From positions 124,001 through 188,000 of the forward strand of contig NW_027191485.1 of NCBI RefSeq assembly GCF_011745625.1: a stretch of 64,000 bases of DNA, written 5' to 3'. Position 1 is the first letter of the stretch; each line of letters starts with the position of its first letter. The notes beneath the pieces were generated by a model. That model saw nothing but the letters and a program-made list of their open reading frames with translations. It was not told the origin of the DNA and did no database searches. Shown here in pieces: positions 25,803 to 36,895 of the stretch. The translations under genes were made by a program, and so were the position numbers. The DNA is from Cladosporium halotolerans (lineage: Eukaryota).

Positions 25803-28800
25803 CCGGACGGGAGGCGGGGAGGGCAGGGTGAGATCGATACGCGCACGATCAGAGCCTCTCCCAGGATTTGTTTTCCCCAGGCCGTGCGGGCGCTCGATCA
25901 GGGGCGGGGAAGGGAAGGGTGGGCAGCACGGCTGAAGACAGGATGTGGATGCGACGCGACGCCCTGCGCTGCGCTGCGTTGCACTGCGATGGCGAGGGCG
26001 ATGCGGCGCAGAAGACAATCGCGGGCGCGTGTATGTGTGTGTCGACAGGCTTGGACTGTGGGTGAGCAGCTGTTCCCCGTGTGCCTCGTCTCCACCCGCC
26101 TGCAGACACCATCCCAGACGCCATCCCAGACGCAGCTCCCCGGCCTGCTGGGCCGGCGCCGAGCCACAGGACGCGGAGAATCAGCACAAAGCCAAACCGC
26201 CAGTGCCAGCGTCATCGCCGCCGGCCTGCCTTGTCTCGTCGGTGCGCCCTCGCCCTGCCCTGCCCTGCCTGGCCCCTGATCTGCACGCCGCGCACCGTGC
26301 GCGCACACGCACACACACACAAAGAAAGGACAGGAAGACGCGCCCGGCGACCGGCCCAAGGTCGACGGCGTCCTGCCGTGGCTGCGTGCGCCTCCGTCTG
26401 CTGCTGATGTGCGAGCGTTTTTGACGGCCAGCCCGGCGGAGCGCGCACCGTTACACACGCATGCACAGCAAGGCACAGCACGGTACTAAATACATCCAGC
26501 ACAGTGCATACACGCACACCGTGCAGCGCAAGCAGTGCGTGAGGCAGGCAGCTTGCGTCGGCGCGATGGCCGCACGCTCAAAATGCCTCGACTGCCCCTC
26601 ACCTCCCTCGCCGCCATGACATGCATAAATTGCCCGGTCCGATTCTGCCTCAGCCCTCGGGAAGCAGTGGACACCACCTACTCGAGCCTTTGCAAGTTGC
26701 AGGGAGGCAGGTCGTTGCCGAGACACTTTCCCTCTTCGTCGTCTCTGCCGCGTCACCCCGTCGCACGGTGCCAGAGGCCTGCTGTGTAGAGCGCTCCTCC
26801 GCCGCGATATGAGAGGTTATCAAGGTGTGTGGCGGCAGCAGGCGAGCTGCGATGCGCCTCGTACATGCACAGTACATGTGGCATCCCGCCCGCGCCCCGG
26901 TACCGTGCATTCGCGTGTGTAGCACAGCGCCAGACGCCTTCCGCGTCTTCCCAGGCGAGCGAGCCGGCGATACGCCGTCTGCGCTCGCTGCCAGTAGCAG
27001 AGCGCCCTCATCTATCAGCCTGCCGTGCCTGCCTCAGCCCAGCCGTCGTCTCGCCTGTACAGTACGTCCACTAGATTGCATGATCTGCCATGCAGCGGCG
27101 TTAGAAACCAGCCAGAGTCGGTCCGGCAGGGATCGGCAGCGCTGCATCCGACATTAGCGCACGCAACAACCTGAGCAGTGCTGAGCTCTATCGAACCCTT
27201 CCCTTGGTACGTACCGCACGTGTACCTTTGTTTACCTCACGCCCTTCGTCCACCGTACGCATTGGGAACTGCAGCGGCGTGCGCGCCATGCGGCGAAGAA
27301 GCTACTCAGCTTCTATCGGACGAGTGCGAGCGCTTGCTTCCTTATCGAACACCAAGCGGTTCTCTTCCCCGAGAGTTTCTGCTACACATCACCTGCTCTC
27401 CAGAGGCGTTCGCTGGCCGTAGCAAGCATGTAATCCCAATCAGCAATCGCGTCGTGCCCGTATGCGCGTCTCTGGCGCTATCTCTCCAACCGCATCTCCC
27501 CGTCTCCACTCTGCTTACCCTGTCCCCAGCGATGAGTGCGATCGAGCTCTGCAACGGCTCGCGGCATGCCTCCCTGCCAAACTGCCTTCCCCATCACTCC
27601 GCAACAAAAGCACGGCCAATGGCAGGCCCATGCCATGGCACTTCTCCAAAACGTTCGCAATCAGCTGGTCCACAGTGGCACGGTGCAGGAGGCCCAGCGA
27701 GTAGTGGCGTTTGAATGTATCACCGCGTGCGTGGTGGCGCACAGCGCTATACTTTAATTCTCGCCTGCTTCCGGCCAGCGCAACGCTCATGCCCATGCGC
27801 TGAGGAACGGCATGGCATGGATGCGCCTGGTACACGCTGCAATACTGCAAGTCTGCACGCACACCTGCGGACAAGATGATGAAGATGGACGTGCAGGGCG
27901 CGCGCATGGACTTTCAGATCTCCAGCCGCCTGTCACGGTGCAGCCAGCACACGCAGCACGCGCAGCACATCCACCGACAACGCCTCCGACCACCCAGACC
28001 GACGGCACCGCAGACAAGGGTCGCCTCTCAACATTCGGAAGCGACAGCTGTGGCTGCACAGGCGCCCTGCACGCGAACGTTAGCCGGCATGTGGGCACGC
28101 ACGTCTGCACATCTCGATGTGCGCTCGCACTGTGCGCCTTGACAGACGCCACGCCATTTTGGTGCTCAGCAACACCCAACAGGTCCATGCTCACTGTGCT
28201 ACTGCATCCGGATCATGCAAGCCACGCCCGTCGTTGCGCCATCCCAGCCATGGGTAGCTGTCCACGCTGCTCCCTGGTTGGCTCTCGCTCGAGCATGTGA
28301 ATGTCTCGGTTCATCAGGCGAATCTCGGCCGCTGTGCCTTGACGCCATTGCGCGAGTAATCGCGATTCAGAAGGTGATTATTTCGCAGATGACACTATGT
28401 TGCAGAATCTTTGATACTGGTGAATTGCTCCATTTGCAAGGGCAATTGGAAGACCCCACTCGACAGGTTGTCAAGCCTGTCATCGTGGACCCCGCAATTG
28501 TCGTCTAGACCCTGCCCTATCGACCTCACCTGCACGCCTGCCTGTTTCAACCGAACCACCACATCGTTATCAGTGATACGTACCGCTGCTGATTATGCAA
28601 ACATTACCCTCGAATTACACTCGAGCGCCTCAACCCCGACCTTGGAGCGCCTCAGCGGCAAATGAATCACGTCCTTGTTCAAGTTCTCACACCAGGCATA
28701 CCAGGCCCACAACCTGCGCAGCTCTCCCCAACTGTGCATAGTGCAATAACCGCGCGACACACGTAATAAGACGCGCTTCGCAATCAACCTGCCTACCCAG

Positions 28801-30757
28801 CCCCGGCATTTATGCCGAAGTCTCTCTACATGATGTGACTTGCCGGTCAACGCGCATCGCTACCAGTCCGGCACTGGCAATGCCCCTCTCGACAGCCACC
28901 GCGACATGTGAGACGGTAGATAGACCACCACCTGCAACTACCCAAAACACCGCTCCCTCGGCCTTGGAGCGCATAGCGACGGAATCAGCTCGCGCCCATC
29001 TGCCCGGCGAGAACAGGTCGCACGAAAACTGATAACGCCCAAGACCCTTTTACCCCATGGAGGCCCGGATTCCTCCGCATTATCTCCCCCCAAGAAGACC
29101 CTCATGCCGTGGAACCGAATCTCATCCGCCCCTCCGCCGCAACCCATGTCTCCAGGGCTGCCCGCCCGGCTTTCCCGCTTCAGTCTCCCTCGCAAACTTT
29201 CTTCCCCGGCTACGCGCTCGCCGTGCCCTAACGAGAACGACGCCTCTCTGCCAGGAACCCCCCTGCCGTACCGTACTTCTCGCTCACCATCCGCTACACC
29301 AGTAAGACCTAGCCGGCTAATCCCCTGGGCCATGCCCGCCGCTACAGCGCACAACACGGCACGCACGCAGGGGCGTAAGGTAAGACGAGACGAGGCCGGG
29401 CACGCCAGGCGCCCCATTACCACGGCCACGACCCTGCCTCAGCTCCTCACCTGTATTTGCTACTTCCGTCCTGTCCTGTACGTACAGTGCGCTTTTCTAC
29501 CGCGCGTCCGTTCCGCCCGGCACCGCGGACCGGTTGTTGGTGTTTGGGTACCGCTCTCCCACTCCCCTCTCCCTCCCGCCTCCCCGAAGACCGTACCACT
29601 ACGTACTGTACATGTCGCCAGCCGCTCCCTGCCCGGCGGCTCTTCCCCGGATTCGGACGCAGGCCTGCCCGTCTGGGGAAGAGGGAATGGGCAGGGTGCG
29701 TGATGACAAGGACTGTTGTCATCAGGAAGGAAGGGTCGAGACTCGAAGGATGAGCTGGGTTGCTTCCCCGGTTAGGTAGGTGAGTATGGCTGGCTGTCTG
29801 GCTGGTTTCGACGGGGAACCGGGCCCTGGCAGGATCAAGTGGGTTTCTTTTTGGCTTTCGTTTGCTTTTCTCGTTCCCCACGGCGACTGATGAAACGCGG
29901 AGGCGGAGAACCATGCTTTCTGGACGTGGAGGTACGGTACTGTGAGAATCGAGATTCGGGCTTTGCCATGTTTGGGGTTGTCTGGTGAGGCGGAATTTTC
30001 CATATGGAAGAGGATGTTGCGATCCGGTCTTCGCTCGAGGGCAAAAGTCGCGCTGCCAGAAGCCTCGACGGTCCAATCGATGATGAGGAGACCTATCGAG
30101 CGATGCTGATCGGGGGATCGGACGTCTTCGAAACGAAAGAAACAAAGACGCCTCTGAGCTCTAAGCAGGCACTGTGATCAGGTCAGCACCCAGGGGTCCT
30201 CGTCTTCTTGCGACAACATTCCGAATCCTCCATCTGGACCTCGCGCGTGCTCTTCCTAGATCCAACAACATCAGGCTAAAGCCAGCGTCACATCACATCT
30301 CAGTCTCAGTCTCATCTCATCTCAGCACCACGTCTCACAATCCCGTCGCTTCCACCTCCCAATCCAGGCGCGCTCTCAGCCCATCTCAGTCGCCGTGAAT
30401 CGGTTTTCGAACCCAACCAGGTCTTTGTTTCCGATCTTGCAATTGTTTCCTTGTCTGTTCAGCACGATATTTCGTTTCGCGCTTGCTCTCTCGCCATCAC
30501 GCGAGAAAGCAGCCATCTAACAAGCTCCCTCACTCACATCAGCGTCCATCCGTAGGCTCGAGCTCCGTCCGTGCCGCCAAAAGGCAAACATCGAGGAACG
30601 GCGACATGCGACTCCTCATCCCATCGTCAGCACGCAAATCAACCTCACCAAGCAAGAGGCTCCGCCGTCCCAAACCGCCCGCAGCATTAAGATTCCGCCA
30701 TCTCACCCAACCTCCCTCCGCACACTTTTCTGCTCGACCAAAAGAGCGTGCGCGGGC

Positions 30758-30762
30758 AAAAA
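30758..30762 (-). terminator. RNA Pol III oligo-T terminator of tRNA-Gly
   Basis: TTTTT immediately 3' of the discriminator base. Confidence 0.8.
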
Positions 30763-30858
30763 TGCATCGGCCGGGAATCGAACCCGGGGCTGGCCGACAT
30801 TCGAGGTCTGGGAGACCAGGGATGGCAACGGCCAATTTTACCACTAAACCACCAATGC
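30763..30858 (-). tRNA. tRNA-Gly(GCC) with 25-nt intron at 37/38
   Basis: GCATTGG/CCGATGC acceptor stem, A box TGGTTTAGTGGT, anticodon stem GGCCG-TTGCCA^T-CGGCC, T arm CCGGG-TTCGATT-CCCGG; mature length 71 nt; followed by T5. Confidence 0.95.
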
Positions 30859-31218
30859 TTATTAAAAGGATAAGATTTTGTACGGTATATACAGACTGGC
30901 AAACGGTGAGCATTGGAGGAAAGAATGGTGGATGATGCTGGAGGTAGGTGGAGGTGGAGGTACGGCAGCGCGAGGGTTGCAGAGAGAAAGACCGAAGACA
31001 TCTCGAAAGATAGTGAAGCGACAACTGGGAATGAAGGCAGATAGATGAGTTCTGATCGATCATTAAAATTCTCTTCTCATTTTCCAACACGAACCAAGCC
31101 GATTCATGTCTTCATGCCAAAACGATATATATGTACATTGCTAAAGACAACCACTCCGCGAGCGACCCAAACTTTTCAAACACGTCCGCGCTATGCAACG
31201 AAAACGCCCACCTAGTCT

Positions 31219-32955
31219 CTAATAGACGAGCGCACGCTTCGACCTCGCACGCAGCGCAGGACCGTACTTGTACGCCACGAACGGGATCAAACTCAGCACC
31301 GTGCCGGCAATCGACAGGATCAAGCCGGCGTACTGGCTGCCGACGTTGTGGAAGAACTGGCTCGCGAACAGCGGCGACACGGCGCCCAGGGTGTTACGCA
31401 GGAAGCCCTGGCCGGCGATGGCCGACGACGCGGACTGCCCGTAGCAGTCGGCGGTGTAGGAGTACGTGGACTCGAAGACGAAGTAGATGCCGAAGGCGAT
31501 GGGCGCGAGCGCGATCGTCGGCGCGATCCAGTGCACGTAGCCGTACTGCGTGAAGGAGTAGATGAAGAGGCCGATGGGCAGCCAGACGGCGCCGTACATG
31601 GCGCCGTACAGGCGGTCTTCCGGCGTCACGCTGCGGCTCTCGTCGGCCACGATGCGGTTGTACTTCTTCATCTGCCATTGGTTGGCGATCCAGCCGCCGG
31701 TGCAGCCGATGCAGAGAGAGATGTAGGGCAGGCCGCCGACGCCCTCGTTCCAGCCGCGCTTCTCCTGGAAGGTGATGGGGATGACGCTGAGGAACATGAA
31801 GGTCACGAACCACGTGAATCCGATCCAGAGGCCAAAGGCGAATACGACGGGTTCCGTGATGAGCATCTGGATGGCCTTGACGGAGGAGTTCTTGAGTAGG
31901 ATCTTGACCGAGGGCGTCGTGATGTCGTCGCTGGCGACGTAGCGCTCGTCGCCGGTGGCTTTGCGGACGGCTTTGGCGCGCTTGTGGAGGGCGACGCCGC
32001 CGCGGGTCTCGGTGAAGAGGACGACGATGGCGATGAGGAGAGGCACGTTGGCGATGCCCTGGACGCCTTCGATCCAGCGCCAGCCGATGGTCATGTCGAT
32101 GAAGCCGGCGTAGATGGGCGCGCCGACGGTGCCGAGGATGGCAATCCAGGAGAAGGCGGCCATGGGCTGGCCACGGTGCTGCGGCTCGTACAGGTCGTCG
32201 AAAGTACCGCCGACGAGGATGGTTCCGATGCAACCGAACAATCCGAGGAGGAGACGCAGACCGATGATGGTGCTGATGCTCTGGCCGAGGGCGAGACCGA
32301 TGAACAGAAGCGAGAAACACAGGTATCCACCGACGTAGATGATCTTGCGGCCAACCATCTCGCAGAAAGGTGCGAGGAAGAGAGGGGCGAGAGCGCAGGC
32401 GAAGTTGAAGGTGAACAGACCAAACTGGCCGAGCAGCTCTTGCGTACCGAACTCAGTCGTCATCTTGCCGATACCAGAGCTGTATGCGGTCGTCGCGAGA
32501 CCGATGAAGAGGGTCATCAGACACAGCAAAGTGGTGATGAGGCCCTTGTAGGCCGGACTCCAGTTGAACGGGTTCTCTTTGTCGCCATTGGCGAAGAGGA
32601 GGACGATGTACTCCTTGCCGTTCTCGGTGACCTTCTCAGTCAGGGTGAGAGGAATGTCGGCACCCTCGATCTTCTTCAGAGGCGCCAATTCATTGTCGTC
32701 GATCGTGTCGTCGTTCTGCCATTCCTCGAGGTATTTGTCGCCAATGATGCGGCCGTACTGTTTTCCGTCGTTCTCGCCGTCCTTCTCGTCATCACCACCG
32801 GCATTGCTGTTGCGGGCACTGGCAGCAACTTCTGAGCGGGTGGTAGCCACAGAGCCATTTCTGGGTGTTTTGGCACCAAGCTTGCTCTCAGCGTCCAGAG
32901 ACCAGACACTGGCGTTCCTGGAGGGAGCGCCCCTTGTAGGCGTGGGTCTCACCAT
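31219..32955 (-). CDS. MFS transporter, DHA1 family (12 TM; Bsu1-like)
   Basis: DKENPFNWS, APLFLAPFCEMVGRKIIY, GWRWIEG, LITEPVV, PEDRL, YGPALRARSK; intronless. Confidence 0.9.
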   Translation of the reverse strand: MVRPTPTRGAPSRNASVWSLDAESKLGAKTPRNGSVATTRSEVAASARNSNAGGDDEKDGENDGKQYGRIIGDKYLEEWQNDDTIDDNELAPLKKIEGADIPLTLTEKVTENGKEYIVLLFANGDKENPFNWSPAYKGLITTLLCLMTLFIGLATTAYSSGIGKMTTEFGTQELLGQFGLFTFNFACALAPLFLAPFCEMVGRKIIYVGGYLCFSLLFIGLALGQSISTIIGLRLLLGLFGCIGTILVGGTFDDLYEPQHRGQPMAAFSWIAILGTVGAPIYAGFIDMTIGWRWIEGVQGIANVPLLIAIVVLFTETRGGVALHKRAKAVRKATGDERYVASDDITTPSVKILLKNSSVKAIQMLITEPVVFAFGLWIGFTWFVTFMFLSVIPITFQEKRGWNEGVGGLPYISLCIGCTGGWIANQWQMKKYNRIVADESRSVTPEDRLYGAMYGAVWLPIGLFIYSFTQYGYVHWIAPTIALAPIAFGIYFVFESTYSYTADCYGQSASSAIAGQGFLRNTLGAVSPLFASQFFHNVGSQYAGLILSIAGTVLSLIPFVAYKYGPALRARSKRALVY

Positions 32956-34240
32956 GATGTGAGATGTGTTGTGAAAGTAGTGATCGACACTTAGGGAGAC
33001 GCAAGAGTAGTCGGTCCGGAGCACATGGGAAAGGAGACTCCAGATAACAGCAATAAATAGTTTCCTACCTCTTGTGTACTATGACGCTCTCCGCCCAGCA
33101 CAACGGGGACTCCATTCCCAACGAAGCACATGGGCCTCGCTGACGAAGGTGGCCACTGCTTGGCAAGCATAACGGCAGCGCAATCACGTCGGCGGCCGAG
33201 TTGTCGCAGGCCCACGATACCACCGAAGTGCCTCCTAACACCCATCCGAGCGTTCCAGGAACGGGCGGATCTCGCCACACGTGTTTGGAATAGCGTCGAA
33301 CGATAAGATTTTTGAGCCGCATCTTCTGCGGCGTGGATTTGTTCTGGAAGAGCCGCAGAAGCCGAGCGCCGAACAGCGTCCAGAACGCACGATGAGTGGC
33401 GATAAAGACCCTATCACGCAGACTCTTTGGCGCAAATTCAAAGGTGAGGTCTTACGAGTACACCAGCGCGACCGAACAAGCGCCGGACCGCTCTGCGAGT
33501 GATCCACACGGGCCGCGCCTAGCCTCTTCGGAAGCTTCTTTCCTGAATCCTTTCTGATGACGGCATACCCTATGCCGTTGTCTCCCGAGATCCAGATCGT
33601 GAGGCGAATGGCCGAAGAAGCCCTATTCTGTGGTGACCACGAAAGAAAATTGCGGCCCTTGGTTTTGTGTTGACCGAAGTAAAGGCATCGGGCAAGCTGC
33701 TCCGACAGAATTATGCAAACAATCAGTCAGCGTGCCCTCGGCGGCGAACACGGCCTGAAGTCTGCAGATCACAACCGCTATCGTTAGACAACAAGCCGTC
33801 CCTCATCAGTTGAAAGCAGAGTCGGCACGCTACAGCAAACTCACTCCGCGCCCCATTTTCCGGTGTTGCTCCATCTCAACAACTCGATATGCAGTTAGCG
33901 GGCTGCGCAACAACCAGCTCGTGGAGCCGATGCCACGCCATGCCATGCCATGCAGTGGCCTGCGTTTGAGAGGCCCTAACGGTATCTCGGTCAAATAGCG
34001 ATAGTGCTCCGGAGCGGTCAACGGGGAAGCCAGAACAATAAAGTGGAAGTTCTGCGGGTTCAGTCGTGCAACGCTCGTCGGCGAACCGAGCGAGCCACCG
34101 GGCCTTCGGCGCTCCTCGTTTGCATCGTGCACATCCGTGATCTGCCGTGTCTTGAATCATGTGGCTGTTTCGGGACGTGGGACATCGGAAGCCGTTGGGT
34201 GTAGGCGAAACCGCCCGAGATACACTTGATACAGTACACT

Positions 34241-36122
34241 TCAAACCAGTCTGCCTTGCCTGCCTCTGCGACCTCCAACCGCAGGTCCCTCTCCCAATTC
34301 GCTTCCTGCCGCGCTCGTTGTCCTGCTCATGGGCTCTGCGCCAATCCCAACCTGCCCTCGCAAAGCAGCACCCATGCTTCCTCCCACGGCGGGTGCGGGG
34401 GCTGACCCGGCAGCATTAGCCGTGGCAGCAGCTTGCACCCGCAACCTCTGCTCCAGAATGCTGGCGACTGGGGCAAACCCCGTGGCAGGCACGCGGTCAA
34501 CTCCACGACCGATGAGCGCAGGGCCCGTCTCCAGGAGAGGAAGACGGTAGGGCTGGCTTGCACCGAGAGATACGCCGAGCGCCTGATCGAGCAGCGCGTT
34601 GCGGACCTCTGCCCCGTTCGCAGGCTCGCCTCCAGCTTCGGCCATATCGATGTCTCCACTATCGTCTGTCCGGGCGCCGGCGAAACTGCTCCCGGCGCGC
34701 CTCATGAGCTCGAAGTCGTTCTCCGCGTCCAAGTTACTGACAGACGGGGGCGCAGGGGCTCCGCTCTTTTCACTCCGCGTCACTGCGTGGTAGTTCGGCA
34801 CGACCGGGGCGAATGGGTTGTCTCGTATTGGGACTGCCGCGGGATTGCCGCTTGCGGCGGCCGCCGCGGTTGCGAGGTCGGACAGCGCAGCGAGCGGGTT
34901 TGCTCGCGCGCCGCCACGTGTGAGGACCTGATGCGATGACGTGCGCTCCATCTCGGGAGCCGCGACTGGAGGCGTGCTCACTGCTTCTGCAGCAGCGTCT
35001 TCTCCATCAACAGCAGACGCGTTTTCGCGTCCTTCGTTGTCGACCGATGGCTCCGCCGTGGCATTCGTGTTTGAGTTCGAATCTTGTTGTTGTTGCGGCT
35101 GGTAGAAGTATTTGTAGGTCGCATTCTGGGCCGTGTTGGTAGCAAGGGCAAGTTCCTTGTCCGTGAAGAGACGCTCCAAGCTGTAGGCTGGTGCTTCGTA
35201 CTGAGCATAAATGCTCTTGTCGCGGGCGTCCTTGAAGGGACTTCTGCCGCCTCCCAAATTGTCGGGCGGAGGAATCGAGCGGAATGCCGGGACGGGCGAT
35301 TCGTTGCCTTCATCTTCCATAGCGGGTAGCTTGCGCTTCCTCTTGCCATTGTCATCACCACCATTGGGGCTGACAGCGCGATGCCGCAAGTGTCTCGTCT
35401 TACGATTGTATCCTCCACCAGGCGAGCCCGGGTTATTGACGCTGAACTGATTCGGGTTCAGTAACAGTGCGCTACTATCCGCGATGTCTAGTTGCTCCTT
35501 GTCTCGCAACAGCTGCTGCCGTCTCTTGGTAATTGTGGTAATAAGCCTTTGTCGGATCTGGCTGGCCAATGCTTTGTGCTCTTCCTCGGCTTGGTGGATT
35601 TTCTGCTGGGTCAAGCGATCGACTTCTGCAACCGAGGCCTGGTATTGGTTCTGTGTTGCTGTCAGCATTTGTATCAGTCGTCCATGGTCGTCGTCGACCT
35701 ACGTGTAAGGCGGTCAAATCCGCATCGCGGTTTTCAATCGCATCGTTTGCCTCTCTGACGAAGGTTCTATACCGATTGCCAGCCATGGCCCAGTAGTCTC
35801 GTTGTGCCGCATCGTCGCCTGGCATGTTCGCACCCATGCCTTCAACAAGCGACCTAATCTCGTCTCCGCCATCTTCCAAAGGTATGCCCTCGTAAGGGTC
35901 TGCGCGCAAGATGAGGTTCATGTCAACTTGCACAGCCTGCAGCTGAGCACGATAGTGCTGATGCTGATTGGCATTGAACGAATCCATCATCTGCTGCAGC
36001 TTTTCAACCATGCGATTGCGGCGCACATCGCGTTTAGTCATTTGTGGTTGTGGGACAGGTGAAGGCGAATCGCGCTCGTACGGCGAGCCATGACGGGGCT
36101 GCGTCATCGCCATGTCCACCAT
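34241..36122 (-). CDS. Sds3-like histone deacetylase (Rpd3L) complex subunit; intron 35651-35702; start at 36122 or 36113
   Basis: TKRDVRRNRMVEKL...HYRAQLQAVQVDMNLILRADPY; coiled coil; RQQLLRDKEQLDIADSSALLLNPNQF. Confidence 0.75.
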
Positions 36123-36895
36123 TTGCGCCTTGGAGCACGAATGTGGTGTCGAGACTGGTGTCCTTGCGATTGCGCGACCTCTTATGGTTGTTGTGGATAC
36201 GGGGATATGTCGATCAGAATCGATGTTGAACGATCGAGAGGTGCACAAATGGATGAGGTGACTAGTGACAGTGGCGCGGAAAGTCCGTCGTATTGTTCTT
36301 AGCGGTGCGCATGAACCACGCTTGGTATGAGGGAGCCGTATGTTCAGTTCTTGATGCTTGACCTCTGCGCGTGCCTTTCGGCTGCGACAAACGCCGAGTC
36401 CCGACGTCACTCCTTTCGCGAGGCAACTTTGGCGACGCTCTCATTTGGCCTGCCACATCACTTCCTTCACCTCTTTCACTTATTAGTCGCCTCCCCATAA
36501 CTTACACGTAGGTATCTCTCAAACTTCATCTTGCTTTGAAGGCGATTCCACATATGGACAGCTTCACCCGGTTCATGGCACGCTTGTTGTCGACCCGTTC
36601 GCTAAGGTTTGTCGACTTCAGCCGGTCCAGCTGCCAGGAACAATCCCCGCAGCAGGTCGACATTTCTCCGTCCACTCCATGGCTGCCATGCTACCGTCAA
36701 TTCTTAGGCCATGCAGCTATAGAGGGCATGTTGTCATTTCGAGCAATGAACCGCTCGAAATTAGCACTCCGTCCCATTGCCAGCTTCGCTTAGGGTTGGC
36801 TTAGTTCGCAGGCGTGGTGAAGCGTAGGTCTTAAATAGCCGTTCCCCTCTTCCTCGTTCTGTCTGGTAGTTGGATTGTCTTCGGCCGCGTCCAAT

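Noticed and set aside
25849..30145. Many 100-230 aa ORFs in the long intergenic tract
   Set aside because: Arg/Cys/Ala-rich composition typical of GC-rich non-coding DNA, present in all six frames.
30080..30158. ATGATGA...CTGA snoRNA-like spacing
   Set aside because: No terminal stem and no recognisable rRNA guide.
32956..33700. Possible TPP riboswitch upstream of the Bsu1-like transporter
   Set aside because: No CTGAGA / TGATC..GATAAT..CAGCG aptamer core on the coding strand.
36790..36798. TTAGGGTTG telomere-like or telomerase-template-like word
   Set aside because: Single short occurrence in a promoter, with no room or other features for a telomerase RNA.
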